The position numbers were made by a program, and so were the translations under genes. From Fistulifera solaris (Eukaryota), in assembly GCA_030295235.1 (NCBI GenBank), contig AP026141.1:372001-436000 (forward strand): DNA of 64,000 nucleotides. The letters are read 5' to 3'. Below the pieces are notes generated by a model. It saw nothing but the letters and a program-made list of their open reading frames with translations, was not told the origin of the DNA and ran no database searches. Shown piece by piece: positions 1-10,852 of this stretch (its first letter is position 1; each line of letters begins with the position of its first letter).

Positions 1-572
1 GAACCTCGTTTGCTTCTTTTCGTTCGTCGAGGGGCTGGGGTTGATTCCTCATTTTGAGGCTCTACTTCATCCGGGGGCCGTTCCTTTCGCTTCACACCTT
101 TCGACTCCCTAGAATCATCTTTCGAATCGCCACCTCCTTCACCTCTTCTGACACTGCTCCTTCTGCTAGTCTCTTTTTCATCCGTTTGATCTTCGTTTTG
201 CCGTTTCTTTTCCCGAGCATTATCCAAACTCACATACGGTATCGATTTGTACTGGGGTATCCCAACGCTACTACTCGACATCCATTTGTAATCCGCCGGC
301 ATGCGCCGTACTTGCGTCACCGCGGCGGGTGCTTCGAGTCGCACATCCAAAAATGCATCCCAGCCTTTGAAAATGTTCGCGTGCGATGTGGTTTCCTCGA
401 AATACGCTTCTTCTCCCTTGTGAATTTGTCGTTGAATTTCTTGCAGTGCCTTGCACGTCTGGATCAGAGTACCTTCAATATCTTCCCCGGGCCACGACGG
501 TTCCGGAATTTGGTGCGCACGGCGCAGGACTTTGGGAAGGATCTTTCCCGAGCACGTGTTCTTGCGAGACAT
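1..572 (-). CDS. EAF6: Eaf6/MEAF6-like subunit of NuA4-type histone acetyltransferase complexes (3' end runs off the window)
   Basis: Absent from the ORF track because no stop lies inside the window. Manual translation from ATG 572: MSRKNTCSGK...LQEIQRQIHKGEEAYFEETTSHANIFKGWDAFLD...RMPADYKWMSSSS, then a charged tail. This matches the Eaf6 pattern I-x3-E-x2-Y-x-EET...N-I-x-KGWD...SS. Confidence 0.75.
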   Translation of the reverse strand, partial: MSRKNTCSGKILPKVLRRAHQIPEPSWPGEDIEGTLIQTCKALQEIQRQIHKGEEAYFEETTSHANIFKGWDAFLDVRLEAPAAVTQVRRMPADYKWMSSSSVGIPQYKSIPYVSLDNAREKKRQNEDQTDEKETSRRSSVRRGEGGGDSKDDSRESKGVKRKERPPDEVEPQNEESTPAPRRTKRSKRG

Positions 573-1126
573 GCGATGATGATTGTTCTTGAGAAACACA
601 GGCAACCAGCCGAAAACGTAGGAGATCGCACTCTTTGAGGTGTGAAAACGGTACTACTGAACGGGTTATTTGTGTGTTTAATATTCGGATCGGTGATAAC
701 TTGTAGCAATAATGATGCTCTCCATTGCAAGCAAATAAAAGCGCATCGCGCGAGCAGAGCAGCGGAGAGTGAACCTCCGGGTTCCCTTCCAGTTTCATTG
801 CTCGTTGGTCGTCCGTCGTCCGATCTCCAAGCTCCAAGCTCACCACAAACTTCCACGTGGAGAAATTTTCGTCTGCTGCATGCCAGTTAACATAACCCTT
901 ACCGTAGAAGAAACAACGTAGAGAATGCGCGTCAAAGTTCAAGTGGAAGTTGTTCTTTTCCTCCGTTTGGGGCGTCAAACGTGATGTTGCGATTGATCGC
1001 ATCGAAGTCGAACGTAGAATAACAATCTTATCCATAAGAAGAGCATCACTGAACGAAGAAGTGAAGATAATTCTCGATAGAGACCTGGCAGTCGCATAGA
1101 ACGATAAAGTTGTTGAGAACCTTAGA

Positions 1127-2203
1127 ATGATGGATGCTTCCGACACGACAAAGCAGTCGGATGCAACTCCTGGATTGTGGCGACTTGCCTTTTGTGCTAC
1201 AGGGATCTGTGCTTGCTATCTATACTATGGACTCTTGTTTGAAAATCTCTTTCAGCCGGGAGAACACGCACTTGGTGCTACCTTTGTACTCATGACGCAA
1301 AAGTATTACAAACTCGATGGTAGCTTTTGGGTGGAAAAAGTTTAAAGACAGCTCCTCGGTCGCCTCTCCAGCGACGAAAGACGCCTTGCCGCATCGCTTT
1401 CTATTCGCAGCAACTGCCTGCTACGTTACCGCTATGGCGTGTAGTAATGAAGCGGTGCGATACGTTTCGTATCCCGTCGCTGTTTTGGCCAAATCTTGTA
1501 AACTGATTCCTACCATGGTCGTCGGACAGTTTGTCGAAGGTCGGCTATACAGTCAAACCGAGTGGATGGCGGCATTATCGATATCGGCCGGAATTGTTTT
1601 GTTTCATATGACGCGGATGGAAGTAGCAATCCATCATGATGATCAACCCAAACCAACCGCGACTTACGGCATGCTGTTGCTGTTCGTGAGTTTAACGGTA
1701 CGTGCCCAGCTGCATCGTAGTTAATAGTGCTTATCATAAAGACTCGACTCACGTTGTAGCTCCTGCAGATGGATGGTCTTTTAGCTTCGTGTCAGAACTT
1801 TCTCAAGAAAAAGAGACCCAATTTACGACCTCCCGATGCCATCGAGACGATGCTATGGATGAATCTATACGCGATTGTTTACTTGGTACCACTCACGGTA
1901 ATGTCCGGACAATTGGATATGGAAGCACTTCTATCTATGTGGTATAAGATTGCGGCGCTCAATATGACTGTAGCGGCGGGCCAAGTCTTTATTTTTCTTA
2001 CCATCACATGGTATTCACCTGTCATGACCACCACCATCACAACGACGCGAAAATTCTTTACCATTCTGTTGAGTGTCTGGACGTACGGGCATCATTTCTC
2101 GACGTGGCAGTGGTTAGCCGTATCGTTGGTGTTTACGGGATTGTATTTATCCATTCTCATGATACAAAAGCCTCATGGTGTCGTTGACAAGAAGAAAGAC
2201 TAG
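1127..2203 (+). CDS. UAA-family nucleotide-sugar transporter (SLC35B1/HUT1/UTr-like), ER membrane
   Basis: Motifs SNEAVRYVSYPVAVLAKSCKLIPTM, MDGLLASCQ, GQVFIFLTI, TTITTTRKFFTILLSV; C-terminal KKxx-like signal (DKKKD). Intron 1698-1768 (GT..AG). +1 frameshift in the A-run near 1299-1302. Confidence 0.9.
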
Positions 2204-2872
2204 ATAGCGAAGAAACTAGAGCACTTGTACATAATGAAAGAACTAAGCAATTGAAAATTCCAGTGTTGAATTTTGATACGGCGTACGAACTGAAAATGAT
2301 TGCAATAGTTGATTATTCATCGAATCACGCTAAATTCTAAGTTTGAGATATTTTCGAAATTGCTGATTATGGAACACAATTCTTAAGCAAGAAAAATTGA
2401 TTAGAAGTTGAATTGATTAACAACTGTGTTCTGCCTGGACTAGGAGCTAGCTAGGAGTGTCAAATGTTCCAACCTTAGTTCGTCCAGAAAAATCTTCGCC
2501 GCGCGCTGCGCGCTGGTTTTACTTTATTACTTTATTCTTCACTGTGTTTACTTCTGTTCTTTGCTCAACGATAGTACTTTGTATACTATAGTTAACGTCA
2601 TTTGCAAATCGCAGCGGTTATGCATGCTGCTTGTCGCGCGACAGTGAGGAGTGAAAGGGAATAACGGGTGAACGGTGGCATCAAGTATTTTTGCCTACGG
2701 CAACAATGAACTTTTCCCGTAGAAATGCTACCAGATTCTGCGGTGCCAAAAGTTCGGATGCAAATTTCAGTGCAGCTTCGTTCAAATGAACCAAACACAA
2801 AAAGGATCTATCTTGTCAATCATCCCCTTTGCGTAATAGCTTTCTTTCTTTCTTTGAAAATTCGTATCCACA

Positions 2873-4465
2873 ATGATTTCCGTATCGTCTGCCGCACGAC
2901 CTATCGCCTCTTCGGCGAATTTGATCAATGCAGAATCTCCCCCGGATTCTTGCGCAACGCTATCGAGCAGCCAGACAAGCGATGAAGATGGCAATGACAT
3001 TCACCAGCTGGGATACAACGATGATGAAGATGAAGAAGCGACGCAGTTGAAACGACTGGGTGATCTGCGACAGGTTGTCGGAAGCCAGTCTATGCTCTCG
3101 CAAGAACTCATGAGACCCTCTCAAGTCGACGACGACTCCGAGGATGAAGACGTCGTGGAAGATGCACGTTCTTCTTTGCTAGATAGTCGCCAAGGCCACT
3201 GGCCGAAATCGGCATTTGATAATCTTTCCCAATTTTTCACGCAACCTGAACAAGGCAGCTGCACTGACAAAGATGTGGAGTCGACGAACAAAGACGACAT
3301 TGCATCCGTGCTACTCTCGTTGCCGAACACTCAGTTGGAAGATGTTCAAGATGATGGAATGATGATGGGTCTAGACGCGATCAAGCATGCAGCTAATAAT
3401 CATCTATCGAAGAATAAACTCATTAAGACAGAGCAGGTTCGTCAGGAAAAGGAAGAAGACGTCCAGGAAATTGCGGATACCCACGATGATATCAAGCCTT
3501 TGTCTCAAACGAGTTTCGGGTCCCTATTGGATGCCATTCAGATCGTCCACGAACAAGACCATCAAGCTGGTAACGAAGAATCGGGACCGAAACGTCGAAT
3601 TGGAGACACTGCTCCAACGAATGAACGCCCGAAGCGCCGTCGAGTTGCTCCGAACAAGCATCTCGAGTCAGTGACGCATGTTACAAAGTCTTTCAAGGCA
3701 TCGAACAAAAAGTCGAAAGGGAATAACGTTGACCGGAAAGTTGAGCCACCGATGTCGACCAAGAAGCGCTCTACTCCTGCAAAACTTGGTTCGACTTCGT
3801 ACACCAGTACTTCTACTCCCAAGAGCCGCATTGAAGTTGCGAAGTACGTGTACTCTCAAGGATCGCCCCAGCAGGCAAGCCCTGCATTTTCAAAAACGCC
3901 ATTGGCATCCCCGAGCTCGAGCACTTCTACGGTCCATGTGCTCGATGCTGCCGAACTTGCGACCAAGATCATACACGATTCGGAGCTGGCCAAGGAGTTG
4001 CTCTTGTCGATGGCACTCTGTCGAACAAATCCACGAACTCCGCCCGAATCCATTCCCGGGCCTGGTCATGTGTTGGAGGATGGTTTCTTTTGGTCGCGAT
4101 ACCCACCTTTGGAAGCAGTTTTGAAAGACAACATGCCAGAGTACTACCGCTTGTCCATTGAGAAGTGCCAATCGTGCCAGCAGCAGTGTTTTAACAATCG
4201 CCTTGTCGATGAAGTTACTGCCACCGCTACTGAGCAAGGATGGGAATTCGATCCTGAGCATTTTAACGATGTGAAAATTCTTCGCGACCGAATCAGGTGC
4301 TATTACAAGACACACATACAAAATGCGAAGAAACGCTTGAAGACAATGCTGCGGAACCCAACCAAAAAGTCGAATGCTATTCATCTGAGGGAGCACTACG
4401 ATTTGATCCAGCAAGCGGCACAAAAGAAACGAGACGCGGACGAGAATGACGCGGCTTGGGACTGA
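2873..4465 (+). CDS. 530-aa hypothetical protein: disordered N-terminus, compact basic/aromatic C-terminal domain (possibly nuclear)
   Basis: Uninterrupted 530-codon ORF; basic clusters (PKRRI, RPKRRRV); ordered C-terminal block FFWSRYPPLE...FNNRLV...LRDRIRCYYKTHIQNAKKRL. Confidence 0.8.
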   Translation: MISVSSAARPIASSANLINAESPPDSCATLSSSQTSDEDGNDIHQLGYNDDEDEEATQLKRLGDLRQVVGSQSMLSQELMRPSQVDDDSEDEDVVEDARSSLLDSRQGHWPKSAFDNLSQFFTQPEQGSCTDKDVESTNKDDIASVLLSLPNTQLEDVQDDGMMMGLDAIKHAANNHLSKNKLIKTEQVRQEKEEDVQEIADTHDDIKPLSQTSFGSLLDAIQIVHEQDHQAGNEESGPKRRIGDTAPTNERPKRRRVAPNKHLESVTHVTKSFKASNKKSKGNNVDRKVEPPMSTKKRSTPAKLGSTSYTSTSTPKSRIEVAKYVYSQGSPQQASPAFSKTPLASPSSSTSTVHVLDAAELATKIIHDSELAKELLLSMALCRTNPRTPPESIPGPGHVLEDGFFWSRYPPLEAVLKDNMPEYYRLSIEKCQSCQQQCFNNRLVDEVTATATEQGWEFDPEHFNDVKILRDRIRCYYKTHIQNAKKRLKTMLRNPTKKSNAIHLREHYDLIQQAAQKKRDADENDAAWD

Positions 4466-4548
4466 ATAACACGAGAGGAACCACCGTCGTTTTTACATGT
4501 CAACCCTTTTGACCTATTTGTATTTTACATAGAACGTTTTTACAAGTA

Positions 4549-5732
4549 CTATAACATAGAGCCGGAGCTGAAAAAATCGGGGTGCAACTTGATGTATGAC
4601 CATTCTGCTGCTTTGCCTTTGCCCCAGAAACTAAAAAATCGGAATTTTAGATGAAAGCTCACTTTGTCACAAAAGCACAACCATTTTCATGTGCAAAAAC
4701 GTACCTGTTCACTTCCTTTGCGAAAAGCGCAAATCCATATTGTTTCAGAGAATTGAAATATTGCGATGGTATCTCAGGCAGTTCATGGGTTTCAATAAGA
4801 ATTTGTCGAATGTCGGCGGATACCCAATCTTTGTACGTGTGCCTTTGCAAAGACGAAAGATGGCTCGTTAGTACGGTATGTCTCTTGAATTAAATATAGA
4901 CACGTAAGAAGCAAGCACGACGAGCTGATACGAACCATTCGCAACCCTCACAATCAATCTTGAAAATGTCAATAGTTCGGTCACGGTGTCCCAATTGTTC
5001 CTGTATTTCCTGAAACGAGTAGTATTGACCTCTTCCCCTGTTCGCCTTTATTTGATAGTCATCAGAGTAGCTGCTCTTAAGTCCCCAGTTGTGATAATGC
5101 ATACTCTTCCCCGCATTTTCCGGTCTATCGTAATTGCCTGGATCAAATATGTGGACTTCGCAAACGGTTCCATCGGCACCCAAAAGTTCGTAAAGACCAT
5201 CTTCGAATCGATAATTCCCGTTCGATCCGATCGAGTAAATCAAGCAATCCGTCGGATCGTTCTCAAAGGATCCCTTCCTCTTTCTTCGCTCGGCCGCGAC
5301 ACGGCTCAAATTCTCCGGATCACAGGTCCATTTGGGTCCGTCACCGAGGCCTCCTACTTTATGCAAATGCGGACAATTGAAATAAGGATCCCAATTGAAG
5401 AATATCCACCAAGCTGGGTCTTCTTTTCGGTAGTCGGGGTCCGTCTTGTTGATATAGTGTTGAGCAGTAACGGCGGGTTTTTGATAGAAATTGATCCATT
5501 CGGTGTCGGGAATGTCGTCGAAAAAACCATACGAATGTTTCTTTCCTATTTCATACGATTCTTGCGATCTTGATACATGCTTCGTAATCATAATGCCTTG
5601 CTTCTGTTGAGTTTCGCCGATTTGCAGGCGATAATTCAAAAAGTTGCTCAGCAACAAAATAATCACGAAAAGGGGCACCGAGACCGGACGAGAAAGTGCA
5701 GAAAGTTCTTTTCCCCCTTTCTTACGGTTCAT
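4549..5732 (-). CDS. Type II membrane SAM methyltransferase, METTL24/Methyltransf_22-like
   Basis: N-terminal TM (VPLFVIILLLSNFL); motifs VGGLGDGPKWTCDP, CLIYSIGSNG, EVHIFDP, IDIFKIDCEGCEW, QILIETH. Two introns near the 3' end. Last exon reads FWGKGKAAEWSYIKLHPDFFSSGSML* with TAG at 4549-4551. Confidence 0.85.
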
Positions 5733-5930
5733 AAGAGCAGCTCAACAAGTCCGGAATCGTCTTTGCTATTGTAAAATAAGATGTAGACGTCCCCTTTAAA
5801 AGTATTTTTATGGAGACGGTAGGCTTGCAAATGAATAATGACTGCAACGACGATGATCGCGAGGAGCGGCTTTATTGTTGTTGTCAAAAATAAAAATTAC
5901 GCAGTTATCGTCTGAGCGGCGTACGTCAAA

Positions 5931-8775
5931 CTAGGGATCGACAATCTTATTATTTCTAGCTAAGCGTCTCCGTCTCGCGGCTTCGTTGGCGTGAACAATA
6001 AATGGACAAGGGCTGCCGTCTTTCTTTTGGCAAACTGTCATCGGCATATCAAATATAATTTCTTCTATTCGGTGCCAAGAGCGATGTTGTGACATGGCCA
6101 CTAATCTACCTTGACGTGCTATTTCGATCCGTTCGTCAGGATGCAACAAATAATACCGAATCTTGGATCGCAAGTCGTCTTGGCTGATAAACTCGATGAT
6201 ATTGGTCCCATTCACAAGCCCAGCGGGCAATGATAGCATACGATCGGTCAACACTAATCCACCTGTGACCAAGGCCTCAAATAAGCGATAATGATCCTCC
6301 CAAGAATCACGCTGGGTTACAACGACTATTTTGGACTTCAGAAGAGTGTCGATGTACTCCGATTTAACTTTCCGCCTTCCGTTACGAGCAGCCTCTCCAG
6401 CAACATCAACGAAGACGTTTATTCCGTCGCTTTTCGCCATGTCTACTACAGTTTCGCTGACCAGATGTCGAAGCCTGGATTCAACAGTACCCACCAGCGT
6501 ACCATTTAAAGCTGTGTCGAGGATAGAAGCAAAGTGAGACGAAAACTCCTATAGCAAAGCGAATCCAAGTTTGTTCTACTTACGCCAAATATGAGAAACG
6601 TCGATTTTCCGATCAATACGCTCGATCGGTCCATCGAGAGTAATATTGTAATGATTGTGGAGTATGTCTCTCAGAGAATCAATGGTATCCGTTCTTACGA
6701 TCAGAGGAGTGTGTAAGTAACTTCTGCCGCCATACAATTGCAACGACATTAAACGTCCAGACTCGACCCAGTTGGTTTCATTGGAAAACATGCGCTCACG
6801 CACAATAGAACGAGTGCTATAAAAGACAAAGTCCACTCCAATTTCTTCTTCGATGTTCCTACACCGCTGGGGAACCGGGCCATCTGTAAAGTCAACAATG
6901 AAAACAGGCCACGACAGAGGAAGGCCGCGCTTGAAGCGAAGCTTCTTTGCTTCTATCACCCACTTCAAGTATTCCCCGCACCAAAAATTCCATCCATATC
7001 CCATACCGGTATCACCAACCCAGATTACGTTTGGATCATCCAGAGCCATCATGTCATCAGCCAAACTTAAATACTTAGATTCATTGAGACCATTCTGTTC
7101 AACATGCAGGATTTCTGCAGTGCCTATACCCATTTCTAGGTACGGCCAAACAACCACAGATACAACGGGAAGCTCCGACGAGGCCAACTTTCGTTGTCTA
7201 TAACGTAAAATAGGATGATCGCGGGCACGATGATCGGAGCCTTTTGGAATGTCTGTTTCGTCAATCAACTCCTCCGCTTTCGCTACGTTATTAGAAACAT
7301 TCTCTGTTCTTGGAGGTCTTCCAGGTGCATTTGCGTCCTCTACCTTCGCTTCTGGTTTGTTGTTAGGCTCATCTGGTTTTACTGCTACATCTGATGCGTC
7401 CTTCGCTACAGGATTATCCTTCTTCTCGTTTTTGGATACAAATTGAACGTTATTTCTCACCGCGTTCTCCCAATCCAAATCCATTTTTGGAGTTAACGTC
7501 AGCGGGTAGAAAGAAGGATCCAAACGGGTTTCTAGATCTCCGCCTCTGCCTTCGCCGCATTCTTTATTGATGATTGTCAAGCCCGGACCATTCTTTTCGA
7601 AGCATCCAAATTCCATAAACAGATTCGCATGCTCCGGCAAAGCAGCGACAGCAGGATTAATGAAAACTTTCATACTTAACGTGATCTGTGGAGAGAAAGA
7701 AGTACGCGTCATGAGAACTCGTGCGTCCACGACGCACTTCGTAAAAAGCACTTACATGACTAGCTCCGTAGGTTTTGTCTCCGGTAGGCGCCGGAATCTT
7801 TTTTTGTCGTTCCATTCTCGCAACGTTTCGGATTTCTTCCGTTAAACGACTGCTAAAGCGGAACCCGTACGCTTCAAACTTTTGCACCCACCAGTCATGG
7901 TCATGTACTTCGACTGAAAAAGGTCATGATTCGCAGCAATGTCAGTGATCAATGGCTTCATCATAATGTTGATGCGACAGACTTACCATGATGCCACCCA
8001 CCCCAAACAGATGATGTAGCAAAAATGAGGGCGCATTTTCGGAAAGCTGTTATGAAGTTGAATTGATATTGTAACCTGAAATAAAATATGTTGCATGTGA
8101 GACAAGTGATTGGCGGATATCCGGCTACCTACGAGAGCAGGAACGTACGAAACGTGCTCCAGAAACTCGACGGCCCAGCAGGCGGAATACGTCTTTTCCG
8201 GCCACCAGGGTCCTCTTGAAAAATCATGTTCCACCACTTGATTCGCTGGATCAGGAAGCATGGTTCGTTCGACTGCATCATGGCTACCTTCGGCGCACAA
8301 CACATCAACGCCGTGAAGGTGGAACCATAGTGAGCTCACGCCACGGCCACAACCAACATCAAGGACCGATTTTACGCCATATTTAGTCACCATATGTTTC
8401 CAAACGTCGGGTGAAATGCCATCTAGATCGACTTCTGTAAAGCCGCCCAAATGCTTCTTATCTCCGGCCCCTCCGTAAATTTTTTCGCTTCTTATCGACG
8501 TCGCTGTCTTCGACGCGAATCGAAGGAAGATTCTGCGCTTTTCCTTTCGGTATTCCCAAAGGATTCGTCGGATCCCATCCAGTAGTTATCCCACTGGTTG
8601 GCAATGACGTTTCTTCATGTACAATATAATCCGTAAAGAGGAATGATGAGGGGATTTCTCTCGTCATTTGGAATAAAAGAATCAATGTCACGGCAAGAAC
8701 GCTACCCAAGAGCGTTCTGTTCATCGAGCTACCCACAGCCCGCCTTGGAGAGGATAACCCATTCCCAATTGCCAT
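5931..8775 (-). CDS. Type II membrane protein: class I methyltransferase domain fused to a C-terminal GT-B glycosyltransferase domain (Glyco_trans_1_2/CgeB-like)
   Basis: N-terminal TM (LLGSVLAVTLILLF); SAM motif SVLDVGCGRG and AVEFLEHV, WGGWHHVEVH; C-terminal EYIDTLLKSKIVV...YRLFEALVTGGLVLTD...DLRSKIRYYLLHPDERIEIARQG. Four GT-AG introns (one at 6512-6583). +1 frameshift at T-run 8480-8485. Confidence 0.8.
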
Positions 8776-9412
8776 GATTGCCTTTGAATGCCGTTTAACG
8801 AGGTCGAGACGCAATGATCATGTTGTTTGTAAAGCTCATCAATTGATGGGGGGGGTGGTGTAGCGCGTGAAGAAGCGTCAACATTTTTTTCGTCCGCGTA
8901 ATGTTCTTTGCAAGAAAACTATGTACACTTATGCCGAGTGTAGACTGTCAACGGATTTCCAACGGACGTTCAACCGCGTGACTCAGATAAAACATGAATG
9001 CAATAATGCTTTGAAAAAAATTGAAAAACGTCGCAGCAACTTTGTTTTTCCTAAACGCAAAATAGTCATTCGAAGCTAATATCTCATGATAACACAGTGT
9101 AAAAAACACCTTGTTCTTGAAGTAGAATGTACATTGCACAGGCAATTATTTCCGTCGTACCGGTTACATTCCTGTAAAAGTCTATGGAGTTTCGGGTTGT
9201 CGGACTACTTTCTACTAATATACTCCAGCACCTTCAGTACCGTACTTCAGTCTCAGAAATTTGGAAGGTGGCTTGTTCGCGGGGAAGGAAGCTCGAACGC
9301 GGGGCAGCAGCGGCGCATGACCTTTTCGAGGAAAGTGGGGCAATAAAGCTCCTCCTTGTGCACCTTGTTGTATTCATTGCACCATTCTTATTTACAGACA
9401 ACCCTTCAAAGA

Positions 9413-10358
9413 TGGAAGTCGTCAACGAACATGACGAGGCTGATGATGGACACCAAGGAATTGCGATAGTGGAAGACGAGAATAGCCGAGTGCAACAAAA
9501 ACCTACGAGAGGGTCACCACCGCGGGGACTCAGCCGTAAACCGTCGGTGCAGCGCAGTGAAAGTGGTAGTTTAAATGCGATGCGAGGAGCTAGTCGACCT
9601 GGTGCGATTCCGATTCGATCGCAGAGTATGCGAGCTGTCGTGAGACCATTGGCGCCGACGAAGAGCACGGATCACTTGGCCTCGATGCGCGCGAGTCGAG
9701 CGCAACGAGGCAACATTTCTCGCGTGGCTCCCGTCCGTTCCCAAAGTTCCGTCTTGGGTGCGCCCCGTCGCGTACCTCCGGATCGAACCAGTAGCGTTGA
9801 CTCCACCAATTCGCTACGTGCCTTTCGGCGCGATCAGATGGGTGGTGTGGAACCCGGTACGATGGAGCGCCTTCGCGGAGGTCCGGGAGCTTCGCTCACG
9901 CGCAATCCGAGCGACATGTCCAACTTGACCGATATGACCGGCGGTGACTTGAGCTGCTTTACGATGGACTCGGTGAATTTGCGCAAGGCACAGCTCGTAG
10001 CGGATCCTATTTTCGCGGACGATGGTACCTACAACGAGGAAGATAGTTACGCCGATCATGAATCTGTTTCGCGAGCATCTATGTTCAGCGAGTATACTCC
10101 TGGAGCTGCGAGAAATATCCCCGAGCCGAGACTGGTGTTTATCGGACCCCCAGTCGCTTGGGAGCCATCCGAGTGGATCGGAGTCCGCATCCCGCGCAAC
10201 CGAAGGAAGATGAGACTAGCTCAAGTGAAGAAGGAAATGATGACGATGACGACAGGTCGTTCGGATCAGTGACTTCCGGTTTGACCCAGGACTTTACCGA
10301 TAACGATTTCTTGGATGATTCGGAAAGCGAAAATCATCATGAGGCTTCCGAGGGCTAG
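9413..10358 (+). CDS. Hypothetical low-complexity Ser/Arg-rich protein with acidic tail
   Basis: Long ORF (likely start MEVVNEH, about 9413). A -1 frameshift at the C-run near 10147-10151 joins it to ORF 10158-10358, giving an acidic C-terminus. Confidence 0.6.
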
Positions 10359-10852
10359 AAGTTTTTTCTGGATACCTATTAATTGCCATTACCTTATTCA
10401 GTACAAAGGATACAAATTCATTATTTACTAAAAAAATTCATTACAGATTGATACCTTAGATATTAGATATCTTCAACTTCTTCACAAACGCCTTGTACCG
10501 GTGTTTCAAGCTTGTAAATGGAGTATAGCCGCCTAAGAAAACATACGGGTAGGATGCTTTACAGGGCCGCCTAACGATAGGTGCATTCGATATTTTATTC
10601 AAGAAGATCACCCGCCATCCCGTTTGCGGAAATTGTCGTCTTCACCTGGTGTCTCGCGCGGATAATAGCAAAGTTCTCCGACCCGTTGAACTGAACGAGG
10701 CCACGCCTTTACCGCTACGGAGGCCGTTCTGTTTCACTTAAGGATTGCTAGACGCTACACGCTAACGTAAATGCTGATGCCTACCAAAGAATATATACAA
10801 CGCCAATAGTAACTACTAATTCTTACAACTAAACAAATTACAATACATGCTT

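Noticed and set aside
10690..10735. U5 snRNA-like loop (cgcctttacc) in the 10360-10850 intergenic gap
   Set aside because: Only three Ts against the GCCTTTTAC consensus, no closing stem and no downstream Sm site. An Infernal/Rfam scan would settle it.
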